From NCBI GenBank assembly GCA_030264375.1, contig JASCQW010000132.1, forward strand, positions 57,631,729-57,695,728: DNA of 64,000 bases, written 5' to 3'. The notes below the pieces were generated by a model. It was not told the DNA's origin. It did no database searches and saw only the letters and a list, made by a program, of their open reading frames with translations. Below are positions 24,396 through 37,157 of the stretch, in pieces. The translations under genes and the position numbers were made by a program. Positions within the stretch are counted from its first letter, which is position 1. Each line of letters begins with the position of its first letter. The stretch is from Carcharhinus longimanus. Its lineage: Eukaryota.

Positions 24396-25778
24396 CACAT
24401 GGGCAACAAAATGACAACATTTCTTTTTCTTGTTTATACCACTGATATTTGTATCTTTTACATCATTTTATCCAATGGTTAAAAAATAGGTTCCTAATAA
24501 GTTATTGCTTTATTTTTGAGATCAATCGCCTGAAATACATTAGAAACTTCTGAAAAAATGGTGAGCAACAATGTCGCTCTGCTTGTTTTTACTTCCCTTT
24601 CCCACAACCAGCTCCAAAATGTCTGCTCTACGCAGGCAGTGGTCACATTAAAATTATATCGAGATCAAGGTACCAATTGCTAGAAAGATCTTATTTTGTG
24701 TCTTTCTGGGGTCAACACGTTCATTTCGCAGCAGTTGAGTACTTTGGTTACATGATAATGCAAAGCCATCATCATCCAGCTTGTTGCTATTGCTCTGTTG
24801 TATGTAATAGCTGAAATATCTATGACCAGCTGATTGCTTGAAAGACTGGTTACATATTTCAAAGCTACCAATTGGGAAACATTCCACTGCTCTTCCCAGC
24901 AGGCATTTTCTTGTTCTGAATCATTTCACACTTATCCCAATGATGAAAGCATTCTCATAAGAACAAATCCGTGCTTTCTAACTGCTTTGTATCTTTGTGC
25001 CTACACATGGTGTCGATAATGGTGTCCCCTTTCAAGTCCTACCCTCCAGCTCCTTCTCAATTCCGAGGTCAGCTACATTCTGTGTTTTTAGCACAAGTTT
25101 TCAGGGACTAATATTGCACTTCATGAACTTTGATCATGGCCCTTCTCTTTAAGAGTCATGTGTGAAGACTCTTTACATACCATTAGAAAGGTATGTTTTC
25201 TGGCATCTGGGTTGCATTCCATATACGCGGTGAAATTAGTATACCCTACAAGTTTTGCATTGCTTCCCTACATGTCAGTCTGTTAATGAAGGGACACCTG
25301 CAACGGAAGACAAGGTTTTGTGGTTTTTCATACATATTTCTGGGAAGTAGCACTCAGCATTTAAAATACGTCATCAAGGTGGGTGGAAGTCTGACATTAT
25401 GAAGACTCAAAGGTATCATTTTCTCTTATCTTGAGCGGTCACTGAATTTCTTCTTGCACTATGGAATTGTGCACTGGTTGCCAGAGTTGACACTCACTCC
25501 CAAGGACATCGCTTCCTACTGGAACAAGATTACACTCTTCAAGGGCCTCCTTTCCTCAGCACACACAAAAAAGTTCATTTTTGTCAAAATTCCAGCCATC
25601 AATACTTCAACTGAAATGTCTGTAAATTATCAAAGTTCAATGCCAAGAACCACCAGCCACTCCAAACTACGTGGTAGCCCAAAATGTTTTAAGCACAAGA
25701 AGGTCAACCAGTCCCATTTAAACTGCAAGAGTCATTTTACTACATGCCCCCACATATAGCCATGCCAAGTAACTGGGA

Positions 25779-26030
25779 CATAAGAACATAAGAAATAGGA
25801 GCAGGAGTAGGCCATCTAGCCCTTCGAGCCTGCCCCGCCATTCAGCAAGATCATNNNNNNNNNNNNNNNNNNNNNNNNNNNNNNNNNNNNNNNNNNNNNN
25901 NNNNNNNNNNNNNNNNNNNNNNNNNNNNNNNNNNNNNNNNNNNNNNNNNNNNNNCTGCAGCTTTTCGCCTTTTAAATAATAATCCCTCCTACTATTATTT
26001 CTACCAAAGTGGATAACCTCACACTTGCTA
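25779..26030 (-). mobile_element. Young CR1 LINE spanning an assembly gap
   Basis: (CATAAGAA)n tail before the gap; CR1 ORF2-like CTACCAAAGTGGATAACCTCACAC after it. Confidence 0.75.
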
Positions 26031-26299
26031 AGCTTGGAAGCATACTGACAATCTTAAAATTACACTGGGCCAGGAAAACATGAGGGGGTCATGTCAAGTT
26101 TACACTGGCAGAAGCATATGTTGACAATAAAGTTACTATTAGAGAGAAAGCTAACTCTCCAAGTCTACCATCTTTCACTTAAACTGGTGCCAATCCAAGC
26201 TTCACATTTCAATTTTAATTTATTTTTTATTTGGGTTCATTGGAATCCTGCTCATTTGTTTTTAAGGCTTTTCCTCATGAAAGGATGCACACAGGTTGT

Positions 26300-26445
26300 A
26301 GGTAAGCAGTATTGTTGCTGCTGCACAATGGCTGGCTCGTTTCTCTACTTAACAGTCACCACCCTCCACAAAGTAATACATTACATGAAGCGCTTGAAGA
26401 CATTTTCATAACATGTCAAGATGATTTAAAAATACATACATTTCA
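26300..26445 (+). mobile_element. Deu-SINE/L2-type 3' tail fragment
   Basis: GCTGCACAATGGCTG...AACAGTCACC...AAAGTAATACATT...GAAGCGCTTGAAGACATTT. Confidence 0.4.
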
Positions 26446-26644
26446 GTACTTTCCTTAATTGAATTGACTTCTCTTAACAAATTTATTTTCACAACTTAAT
26501 CAACATTTGTTTAAGATTTTACACTGGTTACATTAATTCTTGAAATATTGCCACAGAGGAGGGATGTATTGAAGGGATATATATTCCACATAAGATTACT
26601 CACACATGCAAGGCAGGATCACACAATACGGAGTAGTGAATACT

Positions 26645-27890
26645 TGGCTGGAATTTTCAATGTTTTGTTGAAGAGGGGAAGGTGGGAACTTAAGCAGGTG
26701 GTGCTGGTGATTCTGATCCTTGACATGGTCCGAGAGTATGGTGCCATTTTTAAGGGGCAGGTGTGCATTCTGATTCAGCCTTCCTTTCGCACAGCTTTAT
26801 TCACAGCCTTCAGTCAGCAATAATGCAACCCTGCCATTGGGAGAGGGCCAAGAGGACACAGAGGCAGGGATGGTGAGGGCCTAGTCAGCAAGGTAGAAGG
26901 AAAATCCTGTATGATCCGATGGTTCAGTAATACATGTTCTCCTCCAGGATAACTGAGTAGGCCGGTGGTCCTCCACCCCGGGCAGGAGGAGGTGATCGCG
27001 CTGCTTGACCAAGCATGCCTGAAGAGGGCAGAGGAGATTAGCAGCTGTGCGGACATCAGTAGAGCACCAGTGTAACAAGTGTGTTCAAGGTCTCAGCTCC
27101 ATATAGATGACAACCACACTTCAGTTTCCTTCAGTGTTAGCAACTGTCTGTGCAGCTGCTGGGGAAGTAGAGCCCAGCATGCTGGTGGCAATGGGATAAG
27201 GCCACAATCTCCTATTCGAAAGTAGTGGCTGCAGATCTCTAAAGGGGCATTAGCAGTCTGGCAATGGCAACTCTCGCAAGGTTACTCCATAGTGGACCAG
27301 TGCCAAACGTGAGACAATGGCCACACAGGCAACAGCCAGGACGCCACCCATTTAGGTCTTGTGCTGTTTGTGTTGGGCAACTCACATGTTTCATATCCCC
27401 AAAGGAGAAGAAGGCACACAATACAAAAGAAAGGACCCAAACTAGCAGTGGGGCTTTCACTTCTTGCTATCCTCACTCCCATGGAGGAGGTTACTGAACG
27501 GTTGGCAAAACAATGCCAACTCCATTACGGACAATCATGCAGAAGTGCAGTCACAAGAGTGCTAGCAGCCTTTAGCGAGCATCAGGGAGGCTTAGGTGAG
27601 CACGACGGATGGCGTTTGTCTCCTCCAATGTACATGACCCTGAACAGCAGCCAATTGTGAAGGCTCCTGTTTGGAATGACAAAACCCTTTGATCTTTCTG
27701 TTCTCTCATGCTAGCCAGCCGCAGAAAGAGAGAGGTGCCAGCTCCAGGAGATAGTTGTGCACCTCTGAAGAGGAGGAGGGAATCAGAAGGTGCACCATCA
27801 CATCATCTCCCAGCACCTTGTACTTCTGCAGGAAATTTCATCTCCCCCCACCTCCAAGACCAACCCCAAATGGACTGGAAAATCTGGCCA
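26645..27890 (+). mobile_element. Harbinger/PIF-derived element with decayed Myb/SANT-like ORF
   Basis: TIR-like TGGCTGGAATTTTC ... GAAAATCTGGCCA; 27015-27095 translates with frameshifts to A(W)KRAEEISS...QCNK...L, a trihelix-like pattern. Confidence 0.5.
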
Positions 27891-27974
27891 TAGGTCAGAT
27901 TATTCAAGAGGAAAATGTGTTTTACCAAGTAATTTTGCATTTTTATCTGTACTTAGGTCAAACATTTTAGCCAG

Positions 27975-28205
27975 GGTGGGGGGAGCAGTAAGTCAGGCAC
28001 TGGCCTTTCACTTCAGTGAGATCTGATGAGCTAGAACTCTTCTTTGTAAGGATTTTGCATAAAGCAAGTTTGGGAATTTTCAATCCAGTTTGCAGTGGAC
28101 ATTGATTGATAACACTAAATAAGCAATCTCACTTTTATTATTGCTGGATGAAGAAATGGAAAGACAAAAGGCCACTGCACAATTGCAGAGAGGCTGGCAC
28201 TGAGC
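27975..28205 (+). mobile_element. LF-SINE-like relic
   Basis: GGCCTTTCACTTC head and AAGTTTGGGAATTTTCAATCCAGTTTGCAGTGGACA resemble the recalled LF-SINE GCCTTTCACCTC and GAGTTGGTGGTCTCAGTCCAGTTCCTAGTGGACA. Confidence 0.4.
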
Positions 28206-28401
28206 ATTATTACTGTCCCAAAACATAGAAAACTTGATTCTACACCTAACTGTTACCATAACTAATTTGGAAATATATGCTGAGACACCGAGTATCCAAA
28301 ATGAATACTATTCCATTCTATTTACACCCATCCATTAATGAGAACAAACTTTAAACAAAATCTTTATATCAGTCAAATTGAATGCAACAAACCTGCCTTA
28401 C

Positions 28402-28506
28402 CGTCCCCATCAGCAGTGAGAGTCTCATAGGAGTCCCATCGGATCAATGGATCAGCAGTGTTATAATCCACAGTTACACCATGATCATTCTGGAGATGCT
28501 CGGAAC
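28402..28506 (-). CDS. TNS3: Tensin-3 exon ([35 protein letters not shown]), 105 nt, phase 1->1
   Basis: ccttttatag|GTTCCGAGC...GGGGACG|gtaagg; conserved tensin [15 protein letters not shown] motif. Confidence 0.96.
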
Positions 28507-29029
28507 CTATAAAAGGGGAATATGTTTAGCGAGACATTTATAATTACGTGGCTTTGCATTCTCAAAAGCTGTTCACTGGCGCAAATACATTCCTGACAAC
28601 ACTCTGCTTCCTCCAACTGATAGATACTGTGTTCAAGAAGGTGAAACATCAATTCACTGCGAGCGACTAACAAAAGAGAGTTGCAGCTGTTGGAGCATTA
28701 AAAAGAAACTGCTTGAAAGGAAAGCTCAAAAAAGGAAGTTTCAGAGCTTGGATTAATTATACATTTAATGCACAATCCCACGAGTCTGCATACACCCATA
28801 GTTGTGGTTTGTGTCAAATTTATCCAGTAAGAACAGAACATTCAAAACTTACAATTTCTAACTGACATCTCTAATTATGTTTAACAGATATAAATATAAC
28901 TTTCTCATTTGAGACATTCAGTTTGAAAATAATAAAAGGTTGCTGGTTGACAGGAGAAAACTCTTGAGAGTATTGTTGGCCCCACATTCCATCAGTTTGA
29001 AATGTTTTTAAGCACAAAATCAGACCATC

Positions 29030-29412
29030 AACATAGAGTCATACGGTAAAGGAGACCCTTCATCCTATTGAGTCTGCACCGACAAGACTACAGTGAGCTT
29101 ACACCAATCCCACTTTTCAGCACTTGGCCCATAGCCTTGAATGTTATGACATTTCAAGTGCTTATTTTAAGTACATTTTAAAGGTTGTGAGATTTCCTAC
29201 GTCTACTACTCCCCCAGGCAGTTTATTCCAAATTCCCACCACCTTCCTCAAATCCCCTCTAAACCTCCTGTCCCTCACCTCGATATTATACTCCCTCGTT
29301 ACTGGCCCTTCAACTAAGTGGATTAGCAGCTTCCTATCCCTGTCCATACTCCTCATAATCATGTATACCTCAATCAGGTCCCCACTCAGCCCTCTTTACT
29401 CTAAAGAAAACA
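29030..29412 (-). mobile_element. CR1 LINE 3' fragment
   Basis: Minus ORF ...RRFRGDLRKVVGIWNKLPGGVVDVGNLTTFKMYLK, typical of the CR1 ORF2 C-terminus. Confidence 0.85.
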
Positions 29413-30420
29413 GTCGTAACGATGGCTCTCTGAACTCAAGTTTTTGCCAATACTGCATACAGTCTTTTGGAAATAAAGACAAGTTATTTTGTTGGAACGA
29501 ACTTTATTGAGTTTTTCTACCACAATCAGGAAAATTTCCACTTCAACACAAGCACATCATTTTTTTTGTTGTTGTGGTCAAACAGGATGTGAGGAAAAGG
29601 GGACCATTCAACTGCTCATCACCTGACCCTGTGCTGACATTTTTTGCTGGAAGTCAGATTGGAGGAACCATTTTTCCAGAGGTAGCATCTTAATTGGCTA
29701 TATCTGGCTTTGTCGTCCAATTAAGGATGATTGGAGAGTGGGGCTTCCAATGCTGCTGGCCCAATCGTGGGGGCAACTTTAGTGCCTTGGCAGCCCCACC
29801 AAGCTGATAGGTAGGAAAAGGTAAGGGCACTTGTAAATGGAGAAAAGTCCTGAAAAAGAGCCTGGCTGGAATAAATTTAATTACACTTGGGGGGGATAAA
29901 GGAGGAGTTGGGTGGGAGGGTGGGGGGGGGGGTGAGTAAGCAGCAGGTGCCACGGCATACAGGGGGAAACCCTCTGGGGGTTTGTCGGGGCTGAAGGGGC
30001 AAGCATTTCTGTCTTCAGCCCCAACAAAAGTGCATGAAGATTCTGCCTCCAATGNNNNNNNNNNTGTGCTGGCTAAATGCCAGCTGGTCCTCTAAATTTC
30101 CTCTAATTGGAGTCTTAATTATTTAAATTGCCATCTGTTCGGTTGGAATTAACCTACATCTTAGCCTGCTCTGAAGAAATTCCCATACTGGCAGGAAGAC
30201 ATTTTGACACAGATCTTCAGTATTTTCTTATCCACTTCCCAACATTTCAAGTGTTTCCAATTCAGCCACCCACAGTGACTTGAGTTGATTTGGTTTGATT
30301 TATTATTGTTACATGTATTANNNNNNNNNNNNNNNNNNNNNNNNNNNNNNNNNNNNNNNNNNNNNNNNNNNNNNNNNNNNNNNNNNNNNNNNNNNNNNNN
30401 NNNNNNNNNNNNNNNNNNNN

Positions 30421-31055
30421 CTTGAAAGAAAATAACCCAATACTATTCAGCCTCTCCTCATAGCTCAGATGCCCCATCCCAGGTAACATCCTGGTGAATC
30501 TCTTCTGCTCCCTCTCCAGTGTCCCCTCTCCATCTTTCCTATAACGAGGTGACCCAGAACTGCATGCAGTAGTGAAGCTATGATCTAATCCAAGTTTTAT
30601 ACAGCTCCAATATAACCTCCCTGCTCTTATAATTTATACCACAACTGATAAGGGCAAATGTCCTGTATGCCTTCTTAACTACCCTATTAACCTGTCCTGC
30701 CACTTTCAGGGATCCAGGAACAAGCACCCAAAGATCCCTCTGCCCTCATGAACTTCCTAGGATCCTCACTGAATAGTCCCTGGTCTTGTTATTCCTTCCA
30801 AAGTGCACCAACTCGCAGCTTTCAGAGTTGAAGTCATTCTGCCACTGATCTGCCCATCTGACAACCTGTCTATATCCAGCAACCCAAGACTTCTTCCTCA
30901 CTATTAACCACCCTGTCAATCCACGTGTCATCTGCAAACCTCCTTATCATGCCCCCACATTCGCATCCATATAGTTTATCTGACAAACAAGAAGGGATCT
31001 GGCACTGATCCCTGTGGTGTAGCACCGGACACCAGTCTACAGTCACACAAACAGA
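30421..31055 (-). mobile_element. CR1 LINE RT fragment
   Basis: Minus-strand remnants PQGS, FADD, WADQWQ..FN...C..VHFGR, LPGMGHLSYEERL. Confidence 0.85.
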
Positions 31056-31621
31056 CTTTTAAAAGTAAACGTTTCACAGAAAAGCAAAAGGAAAATTACA
31101 GCTTATACCTTAGCTGCCACAATAAAATTGCGCACTAAATTATTTGATTGAGCTTAGTTTTGATCTACATAATCTTTTTTTACTCACCCCATTTATATGC
31201 ATTCTATACTGGAAGGATTCATACTGATAACAAGAAATCTTTATTGTCTTTACTTCTTCAAGCTTTGCACATCCTGACTTCACGACTATCTAAGATACAG
31301 TGAGCGACTGGCCCAGGCTGGCATTCCAATGGGAGGGCTCACAAAATTGACTACACCCTCAGTTTTGAAAGGGTTTCTGTTGCTATTTTAAAGGGCTTCA
31401 TTCCCACAACTTTGCTGGCCAGATGGTTTTACTGAAGAAGATGTAAGATGACTGAAAAATATCAGACATCTTCCCATTCTACACACCCTGTGGATGATAC
31501 TTGTATGGGAAAAAAGATTTATCCTTCTTTGGTCTCCATGGATACTTCTTACCAGGACAATGCACTGCTTGGGCGGTGGTTGCAAACTTACTGTTGTGGC
31601 CAATAATAAATGAGCAAGGGA

Positions 31622-32390
31622 ACAGATCATCGAATCCTTACAGTGCAGAAGGAGGCCATTTAGCCCATCAAGTCTGCACTGACTCTTACCCAGGCTTATC
31701 CCGTAACCCCATGTATTTATCTCACTAATCCTCCTGTCTCTTTTACTCCGCAGGTGTGTCAGTCCACCTTGTTGTCTAACAAGGGGCATGCACACAGTGG
31801 GTCGTGCATGGGCTGCTCTTGGATGTTTCGAGAGTGGCCTAATACTTCGCGTCATTGTGTGTGCTTAAAACTGGACCAGCAGATGGGCACCACAACAGCT
31901 CAGTGACTATCACTGCTAGNNNNNNNNNNNNNNNNNNNNNNNNNNNNNNNNNNNNNNNNNNNNNNNNNNNNNNNNNNNNNNNNNNNNNNNNNNNNNNNNN
32001 NNNNNNNNNNNNNNNNNNNTGTGCTCTTAGGCTGATTGGTGTAACAAATTGTCCCTAAATTATTCTCCCCTGAATCTGGTTTCCAATGGGAGTACCATAC
32101 GTATACACACGGGTCAAGACAGGTGTAGGAAAATGCTTTGTTAAGATGGCGGTGCGGGCTCGTTGGGCCGAAGGGCCTGTTTCCCATGCTGTGTTGTTCT
32201 TTGTTTTAACATATATATCTTGGGATACTAAGGGGCAATTTAGCATGGCCAATTAACCTAAGCTGCACATCTTTGGATTGTGGGAGGGATTTGGAGCACC
32301 CAGAGGAAACCCACGCAGACATGGGGAGAACATGCAAATTCTTTACAGACAGTCAATATCCAAGGCCGGAACTGAACCCAGGTCCAGGGT
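31622..32390 (-). mobile_element. HE1/V-SINE split by a nested plus-strand element (about 31740-32205)
   Basis: Tail half at 31622-31737 and V-domain/head half at 32216-32390 flank a different CpG-containing element that has its own V-SINE-like head and CR1-type tail. Confidence 0.7.
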
Positions 32391-32827
32391 TAGCCAGTGC
32401 TCTGCCCATCAGTTCCACTGTAAAATTGCTTATTGCTGCAGTTCCTTTCAATGAAGCTCTGCCGAGAACACTGGCAGCGCCTCCACATCATTGACCATGC
32501 TGATTTGGCCAATTACACCCCTGCCACCAAGCTCCCAGATAAATATCAGGGCCAGCTGTCCTTCTACAGATAAGAAAAGCATTGAAGGAGAAAAGATATG
32601 AAGAAGTCTTTGTTCAAAAGTGTGACAAATGAAGCAAGCGTTTTGATTCCTGTGAATCCTTGACAACATAAACAAAGCACTTTTGTCTCTGGTGAAGAAC
32701 TGGATGAAGAACTAATGGTGGCATGAAAATAAATGTCTTTATTTAACCTCTTGTTTCATCTTTTTGAACATAACCTTAAAGTCTATTCCGTAATGAACTG
32801 TGTTGAGGAAAAATACATTGTACGTAC

Positions 32828-32893
32828 CTTGGATTTTCTCTGGGCTGGCTGAGAATACCAACTCAATCTTCCCATAATCCGGAAATCTGTCAT
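32828..32893 (-). CDS. TNS3: Tensin-3 exon (D/DRFPDYGKIELVFSASPEKIQ/G), 66 nt, phase 1->1
   Basis: ttttattccag|ATGACAGATTT...ATCCAAG|gtacgt; end of C2 domain. Confidence 0.96.
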
Positions 32894-33245
32894 CTGGAAT
32901 AAAATTGTAGAATTAAATAGAAATTTCTATTATTTGGATTTAGGGGAAGTGTTCAAAAGATTTTTTAGCCTAAATGGCAAACACTGCAAAAGCAAACAGA
33001 ATCTAGGTCTTTGTGACATCCAAAGAATAAACTGAGTACAGGAAGCACCCCTGTGAGAAGGCTGAGCTGCTGCTCTGTGATCTTAAGGCAAGGGAAAGCA
33101 TGAAGGGGAATATCTTCCTTTTTAAGTGAATACAAATTGCTGCAAATTAACTTTATAATATTGAATTATTTTTGGAAAAAGCCCAGATGCTTTGGAATTA
33201 TTGCTTTTTGTCTGATTGGCACTGATTTTAAAACAGAAAAATATT

Positions 33246-33553
33246 AAAAGTTTATTTATTCATGTCACTAGTAGGCTTACATTAACACTGCAATGAAGTT
33301 ACTGTAAAAATCATCTAGTCACCATACACTGGCACCTGTTCAGGTGCACTGAAGGAGAATTTAGCCTGGCCCAATGCACCTAACCAGCCTATCTTTCAGG
33401 CTGTGGGAAGAAACCAGAGCAGCCAGAGGAAACCCACGCAGATATGGGAAGAACATGCAGACTCTGCACAGACAATGACCCAAGCTGGGAATTGAACTCA
33501 GGTCCCTGGCGCTGCGAGGCAGTAGTGCTAACCATTGTGCCATCATGCTGCCC
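33246..33553 (-). mobile_element. HE1/V-SINE, alternative-tail subfamily, full length
   Basis: Reverse complement matches 14588-14880 and 62616-62926 along its length. Confidence 0.9.
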
Positions 33554-34037
33554 ACACAATTGGACACTTTTAGAGCAATACATCCCTGTTTTTAGACAAA
33601 ATGCATGCATTTGTAAATTTTTCAAACTTCTCAGGCCTCCCAACATCATATACCATTCATTGTGCGGATATCACATACCATTTATTGCGCTGAAAGGAAG
33701 CAACTAAATACATCAATGCTCAATTTTCTTGCATGCTTGTTTTAACAGGGTTATGTTTTTAAATCTCAAACTCAAAAAGACTTAAAAAAATAATGAATCT
33801 TGCAAGTGAATCATGATGATTGATACTGACACAGGCAGGTCCCTGTCAGTGTTGCTCTCTAATGGATTAACGTGGGGGTGTAAAAAAAAACAAGCAAGAG
33901 TCGCAGACCTTGCAATTTTACTTCCTCTCTGTAGCAAAGTTCTCCCAGACTGTAAAGAATGAAAACTCACAGTCAAGTACTATTTGACTTTTAGACTGCA
34001 TTTAAATTTGAGACACAATGAGGTTTGATCAATGTAC

Positions 34038-34167
34038 CTTTATTGGCATTGTCCAGGTCATCCTTCCCAAACACAAACCCAAAACCTTGGATCGAGCCTG
34101 TGTGAAACTGTAGCCGGAATATAACATCCCTCGTTGCAGAACGGTACTTCTTGTGGTAGCATTTAAT
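34038..34167 (-). CDS. TNS3: Tensin-3 exon, C2 domain ([43 protein letters not shown]), 130 nt, phase 0->1
   Basis: ttggttacag|ATTAAATGC...AATAAAG|gtacat; lies within ORF 33991-34215. Confidence 0.97.
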
Positions 34168-34434
34168 CTGTAACCAAGCAATTTTCTCATGCTGAATATA
34201 AATACCAATGATCAAATTACTTCAATACTTAAAATTATAATGTACACACTCCACAAGGATATAAAGGAGAATCAAAAACAATTATATTTACCAGGTTGAT
34301 CTCAAAAGCTGAAAAACTATATCCTAGTGTGCAATTGCTTCCCTGATAGACAGTCCTCCCTGCAGTTCCACTGCCTTTGAAAGGCAAATGTTCCGACTAC
34401 AGTATGACAAATACAAGTGCAAACTATATATTGA

Positions 34435-34577
34435 GTTAAAGTTATTTCTTAGCGTCACAAGTAGGCGTACATTGACACTGCAATGAAGTTATTGTGAAAA
34501 TCCCCTAGTCGCCATACTCTGGCATCTGTTTGGTACACTGAGGGAGAATTTAGCATGGCCAATGCATCTAACCAGGT
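34435..34577 (-). mobile_element. 5'-truncated alternative-tail V-SINE
   Basis: GTCACAAGTAGGCGTACATTGACACTGCAATGAAGTT...AGGGAGAATTTAGCATGGCCAATGC. Confidence 0.8.
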
Positions 34578-34669
34578 GGCCAAGTCAATACAAATCGATG
34601 TAATCATGTTCACTCCTGGTTCTAAAGTCCATTAATAATGCCACTAACCTAATGACACCTTTCAGGGTA

Positions 34670-35760
34670 TTTAAGAGGCAACATAAAAAAATGAGATACC
34701 AAGCTACACTCAGTAAATTGGGGTATAGTCAAAAACCTGATCAAAGAGGTACGCTTGAAGGGGCATCTTAAAGGAGGAAAGCGAGTGCAGAGAGGTTGAC
34801 TGGTTTGGGAATGGAGCTTCCGCCTTAGTCACTGGAATGCATGGTGACTTGATTAAAATCAGAGATATTGAAGAGGCCAGAATTAGAGGAATGTACACAT
34901 TCCAGAGGTTTGGGGTTGTTGCAGATTACAGCAAGAAGTCTCACTTTTAACTGTGTCCACCCCAGTCCAACACTGGTATCTCCATACGGCAGATTACAGA
35001 AGTAGGGAAACATTACGGAGGTTTGGAAACAAGAATGAGAATTTTAAAATTGAGGCATTGCTTAACTGTTAGTTAATGTTGAGGAAAGGGTGATTAACTG
35101 TGTCGAAGGTTTTATACACTTTGAGAAAGACAAGAGAGATAGTTTTCCTTCATCACAGTCACATTTGTGACTTTGATACTGTGACAGGGCATACATAACA
35201 TATGCCCCGTAATATGGGCAACATAAGAAGTCCAGGAAAAACGGCCACAAACTTCAGAGGCAACAACACATTCAAGGACTCTGGAGTGGAAAAGGATGTG
35301 GGATGGTAGTTACAACGTCAGTAGACTGACAGGTAGGTTTGTCAAGGAAAAGGGTATTGATGGAGGATTTGAAAGAGGGAGAGACAGAAGCTGAGGAGAG
35401 ACAACACTTAACGAAGCCAGCCAACAAAGGAGCCAGGAAGGAAAGTCGCCAGTTTAGTGAGAATAGGTTCAAGAGAGCAGGAAATGGGCCTCATGGGCAG
35501 GTCAAACTCAGAGAGGGCATGATGGTAGGAAAAAAACTAGAGAAAGATGCTGAGAGGGAACCTTGGAGGAAATTTGGGCTAAGGGATGGAAGGGATTTGA
35601 CACAGCAGCTGATTGGATAGTCTCAGTTTAGGTAACAGAAATCCAGGAGCATCTTGCACTTTTGGTGGCAGGGGTGGAGGTGACTGTGGGGAGAGGGGAC
35701 AGCTGTGGGGAGAGGGGACGGCTTGCAGCAAACAATGGATACCAGAGGCTATCGCAACAA
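34670..35760 (-). mobile_element. Old L2-type LINE fragments
   Basis: GTCAAAAACCTGATCAAAGAGGTACGCTTGAAGGGGCATCTTAAAGGAGG is the reverse complement of an L2-type 3' region; purine-rich plus strand; another piece at about 35980-36160. Confidence 0.55.
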
Positions 35761-37157
35761 TCCTGTACAACCCTGACATCATGAACAGTTTTTGCAAATG
35801 AGAACAAGACTGGAAAGCCAGCCAAATTCAGTGGTGAATGGCTGAATAGTTCAACATATGTTTTTAAGTTTGCATCCTTGGACTCAAGGGATCCAGGATG
35901 AGAACCATAGCTGGGGAACAGCCAAGGCTGGAGAGACATTAACAGATAATGCACCATTCCTCTCTAACCATCCAGTGAAGCATGAAAAGATAGCTTTTAT
36001 ATAACACATCCTCAGGCAGTACACTGGTAGACGTATTTGAATTGAACACTGAACCAAGAAAGGAGAAAGTGGCAAAGACAACTAAAATTTGACCAAAAAT
36101 ATGTTTGAGATTTGTAAAGGGAGAGTATGGGAGAGAGGCAGAGTTTAGGGAAAGAATTTCAGTTTGCTGTCTTCACTGTAGACACTGATGATTTTGGCAT
36201 TGGATCATACACTTTTCTGAAACACTGATAACTGCCATCAGTGGCAACCCTTGAATAAATTAATATATTTCAACTTAAAAATTACATGTCTGAATGTTTT
36301 GACAGGACAGAATGGGAGAAATTTTCTTTTCTGTATATGATTATTATGCTATGTTCCTTGCGGTGGTGTGCACATCTTTAACAAGCTTTTACTCTAATTT
36401 TGGAAATATTTGACAGGTAACTCAATTGCAGTTCCAAAAATGGCATATAAAGTACAACCAGGTCATTCACTCAAACTATCAATCTTTCAGTGTAAACGTT
36501 AGAAAGAAACATATTTATTACTTGTACACCCTCTTTCAGATTGTCATCTTTTATCCAAAGATAAACAATTTTCTCATTCTATCAATATACTGATGGAACT
36601 AGTAATAATCTACATGTTTACAAGTTTCAACTGTTGCAGAGACAAGCACAAACATGTTTTCTTAAAAAAATTTTATGATCCTATGAGCCTTCACTTAATA
36701 TTTCACCTGAAACTAGCAATAAGACTACAAAAGTAATTGAAGGTCAATTATAAACTTGTTCAATAACTATACTTGTTGAATCACTGAACATTCTACATTG
36801 AAAACTCTCCACTCTGTTCATGTCCGGGTAAATGTTACCAAGTATGAAGTTATATGCAACAAAGTACGTGAAAAGAAAGGGTTTCTTTGTGTCACTCATA
36901 ATAGATTCACTGAAGTTTGTTCTGCATGACTGCCAGCCCCTGTCAACTTTTGTCAATCAGTAATTCTAATTTTGCAAGCAGTCATGACATCAGGTTGTGT
37001 GTGTATTCTGGTATGCAATTCAGCTACTCCCATATCTCCTTGTTCTTGTGAAACTGTTACAACTCAGCATTGCATCACTACAAGGTTTGAGACAGCTTAG
37101 ATTACAAACATAAATCTCAGCCTCCATGCTCAGACCCCAAATCATGTCTCCAGGAAA

